A stretch of 64,000 nucleotides of DNA. Origin: Antedon mediterranea (Eukaryota > Animalia > Echinodermata). The notes under the pieces were generated by a model. It did not search any database. It saw only the letters and a program-made list of their open reading frames with translations, and was not told the origin of the DNA. Positions 22,127-34,672 of the stretch are shown piece by piece; positions within the stretch are counted from its first letter, which is position 1; every line of letters starts with the position of its first letter. The stretch lies in NCBI RefSeq assembly GCF_964355755.1, contig NC_092674.1, positions 11,718,001 through 11,782,000 of the forward strand, written 5' to 3'. The position numbers and the translations under genes are program-made.

Positions 22127-25100
22127 TGTAATATAACGATATACTTTTATATTTAAGAAATTGACCTTTGTATTGGAATTCAAATAGGTTCACAAACTTG
22201 ACCCAGAAAGTCCAGAGGAGAGTTTGTCCAGATGTTTTAATGACCATTTAGTTTATAATAGAATCCCTAAAGAAAACACTTAGCTTAACTTTGTGACTGT
22301 TCCCATCGTAAAACAATTAGATATTGACAGTTTTTAGCAGAGATTCGACAGGGCCAATTCATCATTGTAACCTCCCCAGATAAGATCAATCACTCCCACT
22401 TAAACACCCCTGGATCAACTTAGGACCAATCGTTACCCTCACAGATTACGTAGTGACATATGCAAATGAACCGAGGGCCAATATACTCCCAAGTTTCAGA
22501 AGGAACATCTACACCTTACAGCCACCTCACGGAGCACACACCTCACAGCCACTTCACGGAGCACACACCTCACAGCCACTTCTTCAGAAGAACATCTACA
22601 CCTCACAGCCACTTCTTCAGAAGAACATCTACACCTTACAGCCACTTCTCCAGAAGCAGACCTACACACTTCACACCTCACCGACAGCATCACTGATCCT
22701 CTGTATCCTTATCCTAATGGTATATTGTACCGAATCATTATTGTACTGAAGTATTATACTGAATAAACAATATATGTGTTACGACAGTTAAGCGAGTAAG
22801 AGTCTTTCATTAGTACAACAACGAAACATTATATTACATGGTGGAAGACCCGAATTTATAAGGAACAGAGTGAGAAAACAGAATAACAAGAAAACAAGAA
22901 ATAAACACTTAACAAGACACGAAGACGAAGACAAAATAACCATATTTGTTTGAAAGGAGAAAACCAGAAATTTACTTTGACTCAAAAGACAAGCTGAAAT
23001 TATATTTGAATGAGATCGAGACAAGCAGAAATTTTATCAAATTATTACCATTGGATGAAGACAACGAAGATAATCGAGGAAGACACAAAAAAAACAAGCT
23101 GAAATTATATTTGGATGAGATCGAGACAAGCAGAAATTTTATCAAATTATAACCATTGGATACAGACAAAGAAGATAATCGAGGAAGACCCAAGAAGAAT
23201 CAAAACAGAAGCAAGCGGACAAGAACTGTTTCGTTTGGACACTTTCAACTTCACGCCGTTTTTTTTTTCGATCGTTTTTTTTAACATTTACTTTTTTGAC
23301 CATTTTGAACATTGATGAACACTTTTAACATTTTTTTTAATTCGTTGTTTGAACATTTAAACATTTTTGAACACTTTTTGCATTCCTTTAATTCATTTTA
23401 ATTGGATCCGAAGCATATGATAGGACACCCACCCAATTGCAATCAGATACCCTTACACATCCAACTAAAGTAGAACCCCTTAACTTGCAACCTTACGTTG
23501 ACTGTGTAGAGAATAACATGGGATTAGCAGCCCCATTCCAAATGAAAGAAGAACAAATAAAGGAACAAACTAATTTAATTATGACAGCACCTAATGATTC
23601 AAATATGACATTAAACCGAGGTAGATTTAAAGCAGGACATTTCCAAGTTTTAGTTTCGTATTCTAAACCGACTTCAGCCAAACGCAACACCGATAAAACA
23701 AAACACGAATCTAATGATCGCAAATTTTGGTGGAATATTGACAGATATAACGATACAGATAAATTAATTAAAGAGATCATTAATGATAAACAGATACCGA
23801 TAAGTGGATCGCCAAAACGATTCATAAAACGTTTGTATAATGCAACGAATTACTGATTTATTTTTTTTTGGAAGATTATTTTTAAATTACGACATTTGCT
23901 AAATTAATGATAGCATAGTCTACGTATTTGATGAGATTTGTTTAGTAATGATGTGATTTCAGTTAAAAGAGAATTGAATTTATGTTTAAGTATTGATTTG
24001 TAACGAGTTTTTTTTTTTGATAAAGATTAATTTTGAATTTTGATGATCGATATATTGAGATATTGAAAAGAACGACAATCATTTTGTAACAAATATTTTG
24101 TTTAACCTTTGAGTCGTTAATCTCAAGCATTAATTAATTGATATACAATAACAGGAGAGTACAAAAGTCGAATTTGTCGACCGATTGAAATCGTAATTAC
24201 CTGTGAATATAAATGCTTAAATCGATAAAGTTGTGACGATAACGATATATTGTGGATAAGTTTGTGTCAACGGGACATACACATTTGTTTCTTTAAAGCT
24301 TTAAGTGATTAAGTTTGATATTTCGATTTTAGACTTATGAGCCACAGTTTCTTGAGTTTTATGTTTTAATTTGATTGATTTATATTTGAAGACCATTAGA
24401 ACGCGATGAGTGTATGTTCAATGTAACATACTATTTTTAAGTTTTGTATTTTTATTTTCAACTGATTTATGTTTGATTTACGCGAATTTTATACCAAATT
24501 CATTCTTAATTTCATTTTTTTAAGAGAGAGAAGAGAGAGAGTGAAAGTGATAAGGTTACACTTCAGAGTCAATGGTTTTGGCTAACTCAATTTTTGCTTA
24601 TATGTATAATAATTTTTTTTTTCTTTTATATAACTTTAATTTTGCATGCCACTATTATAACCATTTTTATATTTAAAATAGATTAGAAGAAAAAAAAAAG
24701 GGAAACAGAGGGATGTAATATAACGATATACTTTTATATTTAAGAAATTGACCTTTGTATCGGAATTCAAATAGGTTCACAAACTTGACCCAGAAAGTCC
24801 AGAGGAGAGTTTGTCCAGATGTTTTAATGACCATTTAGTTTATAATAGAATCCATAAAGAAAACACTTAGCTTAACTTTGTGACTGTTCCCATCGTAAAA
24901 CAATTAGATATTGACAGTTTTTAGCAGAGATTTGACAGGGCCAATTCATCATTGTAACCTCCCCAGATAAGATCAATCACTCCCACTTAAACACCCCTGG
25001 ATCAACTTAGGACCAATCGTTACCCTCACAGATTACGTAGTGACATATGCAAATGAACCAAGGGCCAATATACTCCCAAGTTTCAGAAGGAACATCTACA

Positions 25101-25260
25101 CCTTACAGCCACCTCACGGAGCACACACCTCACAGCCACTTCACGGAGCACACACCTCACAGCCACTTCTTCAGAAGAACATCTACACCTCACAGCCACT
25201 TCTTCAGAAGAACATCTACACCTTACAGCCACTTCTCCAGAAGCAGACCTACACACTTCA
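22127..25260 (+). mobile_element. non-autonomous LTR retrotransposon (no gag/RT), 3' LTR truncated
   Basis: 5' LTR 22127-22838 (TGTAATATAA...TTATATTACA), PBS TGGTGGAAGACCCG at 22839, purine tract before 24714, 3' LTR 24714-25260 with about 4 differences over 547 bp. Confidence 0.9.
23437..23856 (+). CDS. internal ORF of the LTR element, possible integrase C-terminal chromodomain-like remnant
   Basis: LNRGRFKAGHFQVLVSY...KFWWNID loosely resembles a chromo-like pattern; resemblance by eye only. Confidence 0.3.
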   Translation: MQSDTLTHPTKVEPLNLQPYVDCVENNMGLAAPFQMKEEQIKEQTNLIMTAPNDSNMTLNRGRFKAGHFQVLVSYSKPTSAKRNTDKTKHESNDRKFWWNIDRYNDTDKLIKEIINDKQIPISGSPKRFIKRLYNATNY

Positions 25261-25439
25261 TACCTAGAGCTCAGTACCTACCTGTAAAAACAAATATTAG
25301 AGGTTTAATATCAGTTTTTTGTTTTGAGAGAATTGAATTTTGATTTTAAAAAAATGTATAGCAGTGTTTAATTTTCTTTCCAATTATCCATGCTTTTTAT
25401 TTGCTGCCTGTCTCTTTTCATGACTTTGTTCATTTTACT

Positions 25440-27040
25440 TGTTTACTTGTTTCCCGTACACTTTCGTCTACGGGATCGAGGCAAAACACTTGGTGCTTAA
25501 AAGCCCCTCTTAGCGATAAAATCATATTCAATATAAGGTGAAAACTTCAGCGGGTGGTTGGACCATGCGAAGTTAAGTTTCGCTTTGAACGAGTTCACCG
25601 TGGCACATGAAACTACTGTACATCCGTAGGCAGAGCATTCCGTAAGAGAATAACTCTCCTGGAGAACGTGTCCCGGCCCTCCTAATATTAAGACGAGAGC
25701 TTTTAAACTTGAGTTTATATGGGTGTCCACGGGTCCTAGATTCTAGATCAAATTAAAAAAATCAAAAAATCCTAAAAACTTGGATAATATCCGCTCTCTG
25801 CCTACAATATCTCATGGTAGGAAGACCAAGAATTCTCAAACGTTGTTCATAAGGGATGTTACGGTACCCAGGAATCAATCTTGTTGCTCTTTGCTGAACC
25901 TTCTCTATTAAATCCTGATCTCGCTTTCTAATAGGATTATAAACAGTATTACAATATTCAAGCGTTGGCCTGACAATAGACTTATATAGCTTCAAAAATC
26001 ATCTTTATTCAAGAATTGAAATGATCTATAAATCATTCCTAATTTCTTATTAGCCCTTTTACAAATATCCGCTACATGCAAATTAAAGATTAAACCAGGA
26101 TCAAAGGTCACCTAGATCTTTCTCCTGCTTTACCTCATATAATAAATTACCAGCCACTGAATACAAGAAATTGGGATTATCACGACCATAATGAAATACC
26201 TTACACTTAGTGTCATTAAATGGCAATTGCCAAAAATTAGACCAATGGGAAGCACTGTCAATGTCCCTCTGAAATAAATCCGCATCATCAATGTTATTGA
26301 CCACTCTATACAACTTTGTGTCGTCAGCAAATAAACGAATACTAGACTCAACAAAATCAGGTAAATCGTTAATGAAGATTGAGAATAAAATTGGGCACAC
26401 AGCACTACCCTGTGGAATTCCACTTAATACTGGAGCCTGTGATGATAATTGATCATTAACACTAACTCGTTGTGTTCTATTCGACAAATAATTAGAGAAT
26501 CAACCTAGTAGATTTCCCGTAATACCAAAACCTTTCAATGGTGTGGCAAACTATCAAAAGCCTTTTTATAGTGTAAATAGACACAATTAAAACTATCAAG
26601 GTTATCCAAGTTAGTAGTACAATTCTCAAGGACATCAAGTAGTTGTAATGCACATACCTTGTCTGAATCCAAATTGTTCGTTGCACAAAAGACCATTACT
26701 CTCAAGATACATTACAAGTTTATTCCTAATAATCCTTTCCATCATTTTCCCTATAACTGACGTTAAACTAACCGGTCTGTAGTTAGCCGGGTCCTTCTTT
26801 TTACCTTTTTAAAAGATAGGTATTACAGTTGCCACCTTCCATGATAGAGCAATTTGATCCTTTAATTCAATCAAAACCCGTGGGTGACAGCCATCAGGGC
26901 CAGCTTACTTATCCATAACTAATTTAGACAACAGCTTTTTAATATCTTAAACTCAATATCTGACAAAGAAGCCTCAATCTTTTTATCAAGATTCATAACT
27001 TTTATGTGAACCGTTTTCCAGTTGTTTCGAAAATCTGTGT
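25440..27040 (-). mobile_element. CR1 LINE RT fragment, degenerate
   Basis: RTQRVSVN, SGIPQGS, FADDTKLY, LYKSIVRPTLEYC and IEKVQQRATRLI in broken ORFs. Confidence 0.92.
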
Positions 27041-27094
27041 TTTGAGTACTGATGAATTCCTCCACTTCCTTCTTTCCTGCAATAAAAAAAAAGT

Positions 27095-27660
27095 AGTCAT
27101 GTTAAATTTAGCTGTTTTTAATTTTATATTTGACTTGTTGTTACTTAAAAGTCAAGTTATAAGCCAAAATACGTTTAAAATGGCGGCCATCTTGGATTTC
27201 AACATGGCGGCTGAAATAGAATATTTACAACTTCTTAATAACAAGATATTTAGAATCCTCAGTATCACAAACATAGGTATAGAGATCATTTTTAACTTGC
27301 TATGTTACTTAAAAGTCAATTTAATAAGCCAAAATATGTTTTTAAATGGCGGCCATCTTGGATTTCAACATGGCGGCTGAAAAAGAATATTTACAACTTT
27401 AATAACAATATATTTGGAATCCTCAGTATCACAAACATAGGTATAGAAACCATTTTTAACTTGCTATGTCACTTAAAAGTCAAGTTATAAACCAAAATAC
27501 GTTTCAAATGGCAGCCGAAATAGAATATTTGCAACTTTAATAACCATATATTTGGAATCTTCACTATCACAAACATAGGTATAGACACCATTTTTAACTT
27601 GCTACGTCATTTAAAAGTCAAGTTATAAGCCAAAATAAGGCTGAAATGGCGGCCATTTTG
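27095..27660. repeat. ~165-bp tandem repeat with ATGGCGGCCATCTTGGATT motifs
   Basis: About three units; likely interior of a DNA transposon. Confidence 0.8.
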
Positions 27661-28158
27661 TTTTTCACATTTTAAGAGTGAAGATCTAAAAATTGAGCCG
27701 GGTAAACAGCAGATTTGAATTCAGCACCCCAAAATTCCCTAAAACACCTGTTTTTTCACTTTAACACGAAATGCCTACAGCATTTCATTTTTCTCAAATC
27801 TGGACCAGTATAGTCTATTACAAGAGCGAGACGCGAAACTTTAAGATACTTAATTCTATTTGGTCTAGCATATTTTCAGGCGCAGCTATTGATAGTAAAC
27901 CAAATTGATTATACAGTGCTAACCCTAACCCCTCCATACAATGCTAAATAACACCCCCCCCCCCAATTTGACTACTGTAAAGTGTAACATTGTATGGGGC
28001 AGATGCAATAAACATCTAAATCATAAACTTCAAGTGCTTCAAAATAGGGCAGCAACATTAAAACCCAAATTCACATTCCAGTTTTGAATCTTAACCACAA
28101 CTTCAAGTTAATTCCTGTTGACATCTGTAACCTTCTTCGGAGGTTTTAAGAATACACT

Positions 28159-29914
28159 TCTATATATAAATTTACGTAAGGGCAAAATTCGGTAAATCGC
28201 GCCTTACTTTTAGAATTTTTACTCGATGGTATGTAAAGTTGGTTCGTACTTTCGGTACTGATTTTAACAACCTGATGTAACCCTGTTTACTAATTAAATT
28301 AAGTTAGATAATTAGTTATTGACGATTAAAACGAATTTAGGTTCAACGATTTTCCCCAGATAGGGGTGTTTTCCGATCGTGGTATACACTGTCTAATGGA
28401 TGTCCATCTTGAAAAATACCCGCCACAAAAATGCGAGGAGGTTTCGCATTTTCCTATCTCCTCCTACGATAATTGTTTTTAATAGCTGAAAACCGGTTGA
28501 ACAGCTCGAGTACAGTATCATAATTACTCTAGTAGCTAGATCAACTTTCGTATGCACTTTGAGGTCCAGAGAATTTGACTTCAGAAATTGGTTTAGGGCG
28601 GTCAAACAATCATTTTTGGCTTGGTTACAAATTTTGAAAATGTGGCGAAAGGTCAAAAGGTCAGGGTGAAAGGTCATAAGACCAAACACCAATATGTCCT
28701 TAAATCTCAACAACCAGTGGTCAGAGCGAAGTAATTTTGATTTGCGATGAATGGAACATTCCAATTTCTGTGTCGTTCCACAAGTGTCTATTCCCTCAGG
28801 CGTCGTAAAGGAAAGTACTGTTGTCATATTATTTATGTTGTGATTCTCTGTGTTTAGAGAAGGATGCTTTAGACCAGGTCCGCCTTATTATTAGCCAATC
28901 AAAATTGTATAATTTTTGGAGGGAAAATGTTATCCTCCTCTGAAGCCTAAAATTTGCATATCCAGTATAAAAGTAGAATGTAATAGATATTAGAAGAGAA
29001 GAGAGAATAAGATCAAAGTAGATGTACGGAAAGATGATAAAGAAAATATTAAAGCTTGACTGGTAGTGGTAGAAAGATGTATTAATCGAATTACAAGGAA
29101 TAAAAGTTCTAGTTGAGTTAAATATACTTTTTGTATGAGTTATCATTCAGTGACAGCAGTGTACGTCGCGTGGAAATATATACGCCTGAGAAAGCTCGGA
29201 ACCAACTAAGATAAATTCACTACAACTGTATACTCATAACAGAAATTTGATCCATTTTTTTTTCAATCTGTGCTGCAGAGGTTGGATATAATTTTTTTTA
29301 AACGGATAATGAGCTAGCGTTTTCAGTCGCCGTAATATTTATTACCGATTAAATCGAATTTATGATTTGCCCCGAATAGAGGTGGTTTTCACAAATTGTT
29401 TAACATTATATATAAACATACGTCGTAGTGTATCGTTACATGTAGGCCTACTGCACTATATCAATCGACTACGACGGTGATAGTTTCAACAAAGTATTAC
29501 ATCGCAATGTTTTACTGTGTTTAGTGGTATATTATTTGTAAAACATGTTAATTAAAATTTCGTTACAAAATAAAGAATATATTTTAAAATGTTTCCTCTT
29601 TGCACCCATCCTCTTCCCCATCTCTCAACCATAATGTTACATACAAAACACAAATTAAGTTTGTTTAAATTTGACTTAAACAATTGGTCTCATTGACAAC
29701 TTTCTCTTTCGGAAGTAATTCCCAGTGTGCTAATTTTAGTTGAGTACATAAATCACAGTGTCTATAATCGTTCCTGTAAACGACATATATTATTGTCCTG
29801 CATTATTGTACATTTGAAATCGCCAGTTTTTTAACGCTGAAATTACTGTGTATTCGAGAACCATCTGTGGGCACGACCTAGATGGTACGCGAGCGAAGCG
29901 AGCGTACCATCTAG
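28159..29914 (+). mobile_element. non-autonomous Helitron family 2
   Basis: Starts TCTATATATAAATTTACG and ends CTAGATGGTACGC-GAGCGAAGCGA-GCGTACCATCTAG|T; several sister copies in the window. Confidence 0.88.
28822..29224 (+). mobile_element. solo LTR inside the Helitron
   Basis: TG...CA, 5-bp TSD ACTGT (28817-28821, 29225-29229), AATAAA; absent from the sister copy near 53650. Confidence 0.8.
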
Positions 29915-30049
29915 TCTTAATAAATTTTGTTTATTCAACTTTATTAAAAATGGTATTTGAGAAACTATACTTATAAATATTATATTTGAATTAATATTTT
30001 AAATTATTGGGAAAGTTAGTTTAATGTTTGTGTATAAGCACAGATATGT

Positions 30050-31090
30050 ATGCAAAATGGGTCCCATATATTATACATCAGCTTGCCAATATGTTCAGCA
30101 GATGGGAACAATTATATGAACTTGTCTATTATGTATTTTAGCCCAGATGTTTGGCAGATGGAACCCATATAGATTAGATATGGGCTTACTCATTATGTAT
30201 TAGCCCAGATGTTTGGCAGCTGGGTCCCATATAGATCATATATGAGCTTGCCCATATGTATTACCCCAGATTTTTGGCAGATGGGTCCCATATAGATTAT
30301 GTATGAGCTTGCCCATATTTTTGGTAGATGGGTCCCATATATATTAGATATGGGCTTACCCATATGTATTAGCCTAGATTTGTGGCAGCTGGGTCCCATC
30401 TAGATTAGGTACGGGCTTGCCCTTATATATTACCCCAGATGTTTGGCAGATGGGTCCCATATTATTATTATTATTATTATTCTTTATTTCATATAAAACA
30501 TCAAAAACATTAGACACCACCATGCCACAAGTTACCACTAGTGGCCAAAGGCCAGATTGTGGGTAACTTTTACATGCATGTACTTAGACCAATAAAAATA
30601 TACAAAATTGAAACATACAAAATAATAAATTATACAAAAATGAGTGAAAATCAGGCGTTAAGCAGGCGGATAAAATAAGGGATTGGGCTGTTACTGAAAC
30701 GGGCGGTTCTGGATGGTAATTGTGAAATGTTATTACTATTACGGAGCAACCTCCCATGACTTTCAAACCGTGTCACCGGTAAAAGATCAGCAGAATGAAC
30801 CGTCTGAGATATTCCCTTGGCAAATTTGAGACTGTGAGCTATTCTCCTTTCAGTAAGGGATGAGATGTTACAGACCTTTAGAGCTTTGTCATAGATTTTA
30901 TGGGCTTGCCCGTATGTATTACCCCAGATGTTTGGCAGATGGGTCGCATATAGAATATATATAGGCTTGCCCATATGTATCAGTCCAGATTTTTGGCAGA
31001 TGGGTGCCACATGGGTTTATCATGGGGAAAACCCATCTGGGATATCCCATAAGGGGTCTTTATTTTTTGAAATATGGGATGGCCCAGATA
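30050..31090. repeat. ~58-bp tandem repeat (CCCAGATGTTTGGCAGATGGGTCCCATAT...)
   Basis: Multiple units interrupted by a LINE fragment. Confidence 0.85.
30461..30893 (-). mobile_element. 5'-truncated LINE 3' end (CR1/L2 group)
   Basis: SLTERR...RTARFSNSPIPYFIRLLN C-terminus; AATAAA plus (TAA)n tail. Confidence 0.8.
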
Positions 31091-31199
31091 TTTAAGTCAT
31101 GGGCCCCATGGGCCTGTCTTTGGGATCGGTATAAACAGGCAACATTTTGTGATTAAAACATTCAAATGAATATTCCACCCACCCTTATGTCTTATAATG

Positions 31200-31700
31200 T
31201 AAAATTCTTCTTTCTGAAACAAGAATTCTATACAAATAAAATCCGTAAATCCTTACTTATTTTAAGAAAAATATTGCTTAAAATAAGAATTTTATTAAAA
31301 CAAAAATTGAAAATTTTTAATTATTTAAAGAAAAATATTGCTTGAAATAAAAATTCTATAAAACAAAAATCGATAATTTTATACCTATTTTAAGAAAAAT
31401 ATTGCTTAAAAATATAATTCAATAAAATAAAAATGGTAAATTTTTACTTATTTTAAGAAAAATAAGGCTTGAAACAAGAATTCTATAAAACAAAAATCTG
31501 ATTTTGTAACTTATTTTAAGAAAGTTTTGCTTGAAACAAGAATTCTATAAAATAAAATCGGCAAATTCTTTCTTATTTCAAGAAAAATATTGCTTGAAAT
31601 AAGAATTTAAATAAACAATTAAATTCTTGGTAAGAATAATTTTCTTGATAAGAATGTTTGCGATTCTTGGTAAGAATTTTACGATTCTTGGTAAGCCAAA
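31200..31700. repeat. AT-rich ~60-bp tandem repeat
   Basis: ttattttaagaaaaatattgcttgaaataagaattctataaaac units. Confidence 0.8.
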
Positions 31701-32026
31701 AAGTATTGAAATACGGACGACCAATTAGGGTACTCGCACCCAACGAGCGCATGTTTTGAAAATGAAAATAAAAGAATCAATAAAAATAAGAAAACATGGT
31801 AACACTATGAACAAAGACCCAAAATTGTACAACAACTTACTAAAGAGGAGGCCCCGACAATCCCATTTGGGAAAACCTGAACGATCTATAGATGGCGCTA
31901 TACCATATACGAGATCTAATGGTAACAAGTTCAAGTCACAGAGACTCACTCATGATTAAGCTGCGTCGTTGACCAGCGAAAGCTAGAGTAAAAAACGTAA
32001 GTTTACGAATTTTATTCGACTTTGGA

Positions 32027-33005
32027 TCATCCAAAAGAAAATTTACTATTTAATATAATAGAATTATCTTTAACAACACAACTATTAAAAAGAAGACAAA
32101 TACGTGAGATAAATCCATTATTGGTAGCATTGACACGACAATACGGCACATAAAGAAGATTACATTTAGAATTACGAGTACGATAACCAACAGCTTTAAC
32201 ATGAAAGGAAAACAAGGAGATAACATTAAAATTGAAACGTGAATTCATACATTTATACAAAAACTGAAGATCGAACATGGAACGACGAGAGACAAGAGAA
32301 GGGAGAGAGACAGATAAAGGAGGGCAGTGACAAGAAGAATACACAAGACGGGTACTATGAGCAGACGTAAACGAATTAGACACGCCAGGATAGTGTTCTG
32401 CGCTTTTTCTCTGCTTGTTGTTGTTCTATGTAATTTATGCTTTTTGTATTGTTTTTGTTTTATTTTTTCTGGATAATAAATGAATATGAATATGAATATA
32501 ACACTACAGTATTCAAGATGGGGACGGACAAGTGAAACATATAAATGAATTAAAGTATTAGAATTTTTAAAACACCAGCAATTACGACGAATCATGCCCA
32601 ACATTATGTTTGCTTTATCAGCAGCATCAACTTGAGGAATAACATTTAAGTTACAGTAGATAATAATACCAAGATCTTTATGACGGTCAATTCTTTCCAA
32701 AACATGATTATTAATGCTGTAATCATATTTGATATATTGTCTTTTCTTTATAATCGTCATAATTTTGCATTTTGGTAAGTTTAAACTCAGCTTCCAGGTG
32801 GTGGTCCATCTGAAGAGAGTACAAAGGTCATATTGAAGGGAAACAGTATCATTAGGGCCATTGATAGTATTAAAGAGTTTAAGGTCATCCGCAAAAAGTA
32901 AGTAAGAAGAAGAAAGATTAGAAGGGAGGTCATTGATAAAGATATTAAATAATACGGTACAAGGATCGAGCTCTGGGGGACTCCAGACAAAACAGCTAGT
33001 AACAC
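32027..33005 (-). mobile_element. CR1/Jockey-group LINE RT fragment with a nested retroposon tail (about 32385-32498)
   Basis: SGVPQ, FADDLKLF, LYVSLVRPHLEYCSV; the nested plus-strand piece ends AATAAA (TGAATA)n. Confidence 0.88.
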
Positions 33006-33149
33006 AATGCTTGTAATTTTGTATCAAAATTCAGCGGCTTCGAGTTGAGCTCATTTTGTTATGTGTTACTGTATATTTAACATTATTCTATAATGTCATA
33101 GAAAAATGTTCAATACTATTTATTAGTATTGTTTACAATCTATGCTTGG

Positions 33150-33471
33150 TTACTGGTGCTTTTCCTTCTTTCTTGTTCCTGTTATGTGTTTAAGATTAGT
33201 ACCATGTTGTTTTCTGCGCCGCCACTTAGATCCCCGACGTCTTCTCATTTTATCCAAAAATGTTGTATGTACTGTTCCATTTTCTATTTTTCTTTCTGGC
33301 CATGTTGGGTATCTAAAAGTAATGTTTCTGTAGGTTGACCACCGACGGAAAATAGCCTTTTCAGTAATAAAGAGATGACCACCATGCTTTCTGTACTCAC
33401 TAATATTATAATAGCTGCATTCTAGCGTACTATCCTCATAATAGTGATATGGCACACTAGAGTTTGTAGAA
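33150..33471 (-). CDS. ST6GALNAC: sialyltransferase copy A, last exon (motif III and sialylmotif VS)
   Basis: AG acceptor; VPYHYYE...GGHLFITEKAIFRRW...FRYPTWP followed by a basic tail. Confidence 0.9.
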
Positions 33472-33865
33472 CTAAATTAGAAAATATGTATACAATTTTA
33501 GAATTTGTATTTTTAACATAATGCAGTACCACATTTCAAACCATTTTAAAAGTTATCTGTAACACAACTCACATGAATGGGTATGTAAAATGTATTAAAG
33601 AGGAGAATAAAAATGAATGAAGCTTATGATAGCCACACTGCTATTTACGATGCTATTATTTATGTACTGATTGATATTTATGTATTGTCTGTATGTATGT
33701 ATGTATGTATTATTATTATTGTTGTTGTTGTTGTTGTTTAACATATAATTATTTCAGAGCTTCTACTCTTTACACATTACTAAGACGATAATACGATGGC
33801 ATTAAATAATGAAAACGCACAGAAAACTAGTGTTTTCCAATGAAATGTTTGCTGTATTGCGTTAC

Positions 33866-33973
33866 CTGCAAAAATCCTCATATGCCATCCCGTATACAGT
33901 CATACTAGGGCAGAATTCCATAGCATGCACCATTGTATACCATCCGGTTGTCAGCATAGTTTGAGATTCTTCT
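33866..33973 (-). CDS. ST6GALNAC: sialyltransferase copy A, sialylmotif S exon
   Basis: AG/GT bounded, 108 bp: EESQTMLTTGWYTMVHAMEFCPSMTVYGMAYEDFC; phases match the neighbouring exons. Confidence 0.9.
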
Positions 33974-34672
33974 CTGTTGTAACAACAATAATATTATTGA
34001 TGATTAAAAATATTGATGATAATTAAATAATAATACAAATGATAGGTAGAAAATAGCAAGAACTGGCTTTTGAAATCAAGAGAATCCACAGAGCAAAAGT
34101 TAGAGTGGTCTTGGAACAATTTAAAAAAAATGCAAAACCATGGCATGAAAAGTTAAATGTACCAGACATTGTATATAGGGAGCGCTCAAATGTCGGCCAT
34201 CCTGGGACCAGCACACATATTGAGGAAGGTGTTATGTCTCTAAGCTGTGGGAAGCGGCAACAACAACAACAAAACACTGGGCATAAACAAAATCAAATTA
34301 AAATATTCATACAAACATCTCTTAGGCCTAATGTTCTAAAGTAAACTTGATTAATCCTATGCTTCCATATTGAATCAATGTCGATTAGGTGAGAGGCAAA
34401 ATGCCAGTGGCTCGGTTATATATGGCGCATTATATTATACAGTACAGGCTTTTTTTTAAACAAGCAAAAGTCATCAACCATATTTCTCAAAGTGCTTACA
34501 AAAAGTTGAACGTATAATAGAACCATTTTAATATAACAATTAAACGTTTGTCATGCAGTAGAACTAATACTTTACTTACATGATACACACTTAACCACAC
34601 AGTAAGGACACATTATGTAGAAGTAATAGTAATAATAATTTTGCCATTTTTTTGCCAGTAATAATGTAGTAC

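Noticed and set aside
22453-22749. His/Thr-rich ORFs, duplicated at 25040-25343
   Set aside because: Translations of LTR minisatellites that are open in several frames.
27006-27490. ORFs containing KMAAILDF
   Set aside because: Translation of the ATGGCGGCCATCTTGG tandem repeat.
28393-28827. Recurrent ORF motif LKTIIVGGDRKMR (also 38435-38767 and 54056-54331)
   Set aside because: Shared non-coding Helitron sequence; the frames are not conserved outside the motif.
31725-31990. Possible Helentron/DINE-like element ending in a hairpin plus CTAG
   Set aside because: Single copy in the window and the 5' end is undefined, so there is not enough support.
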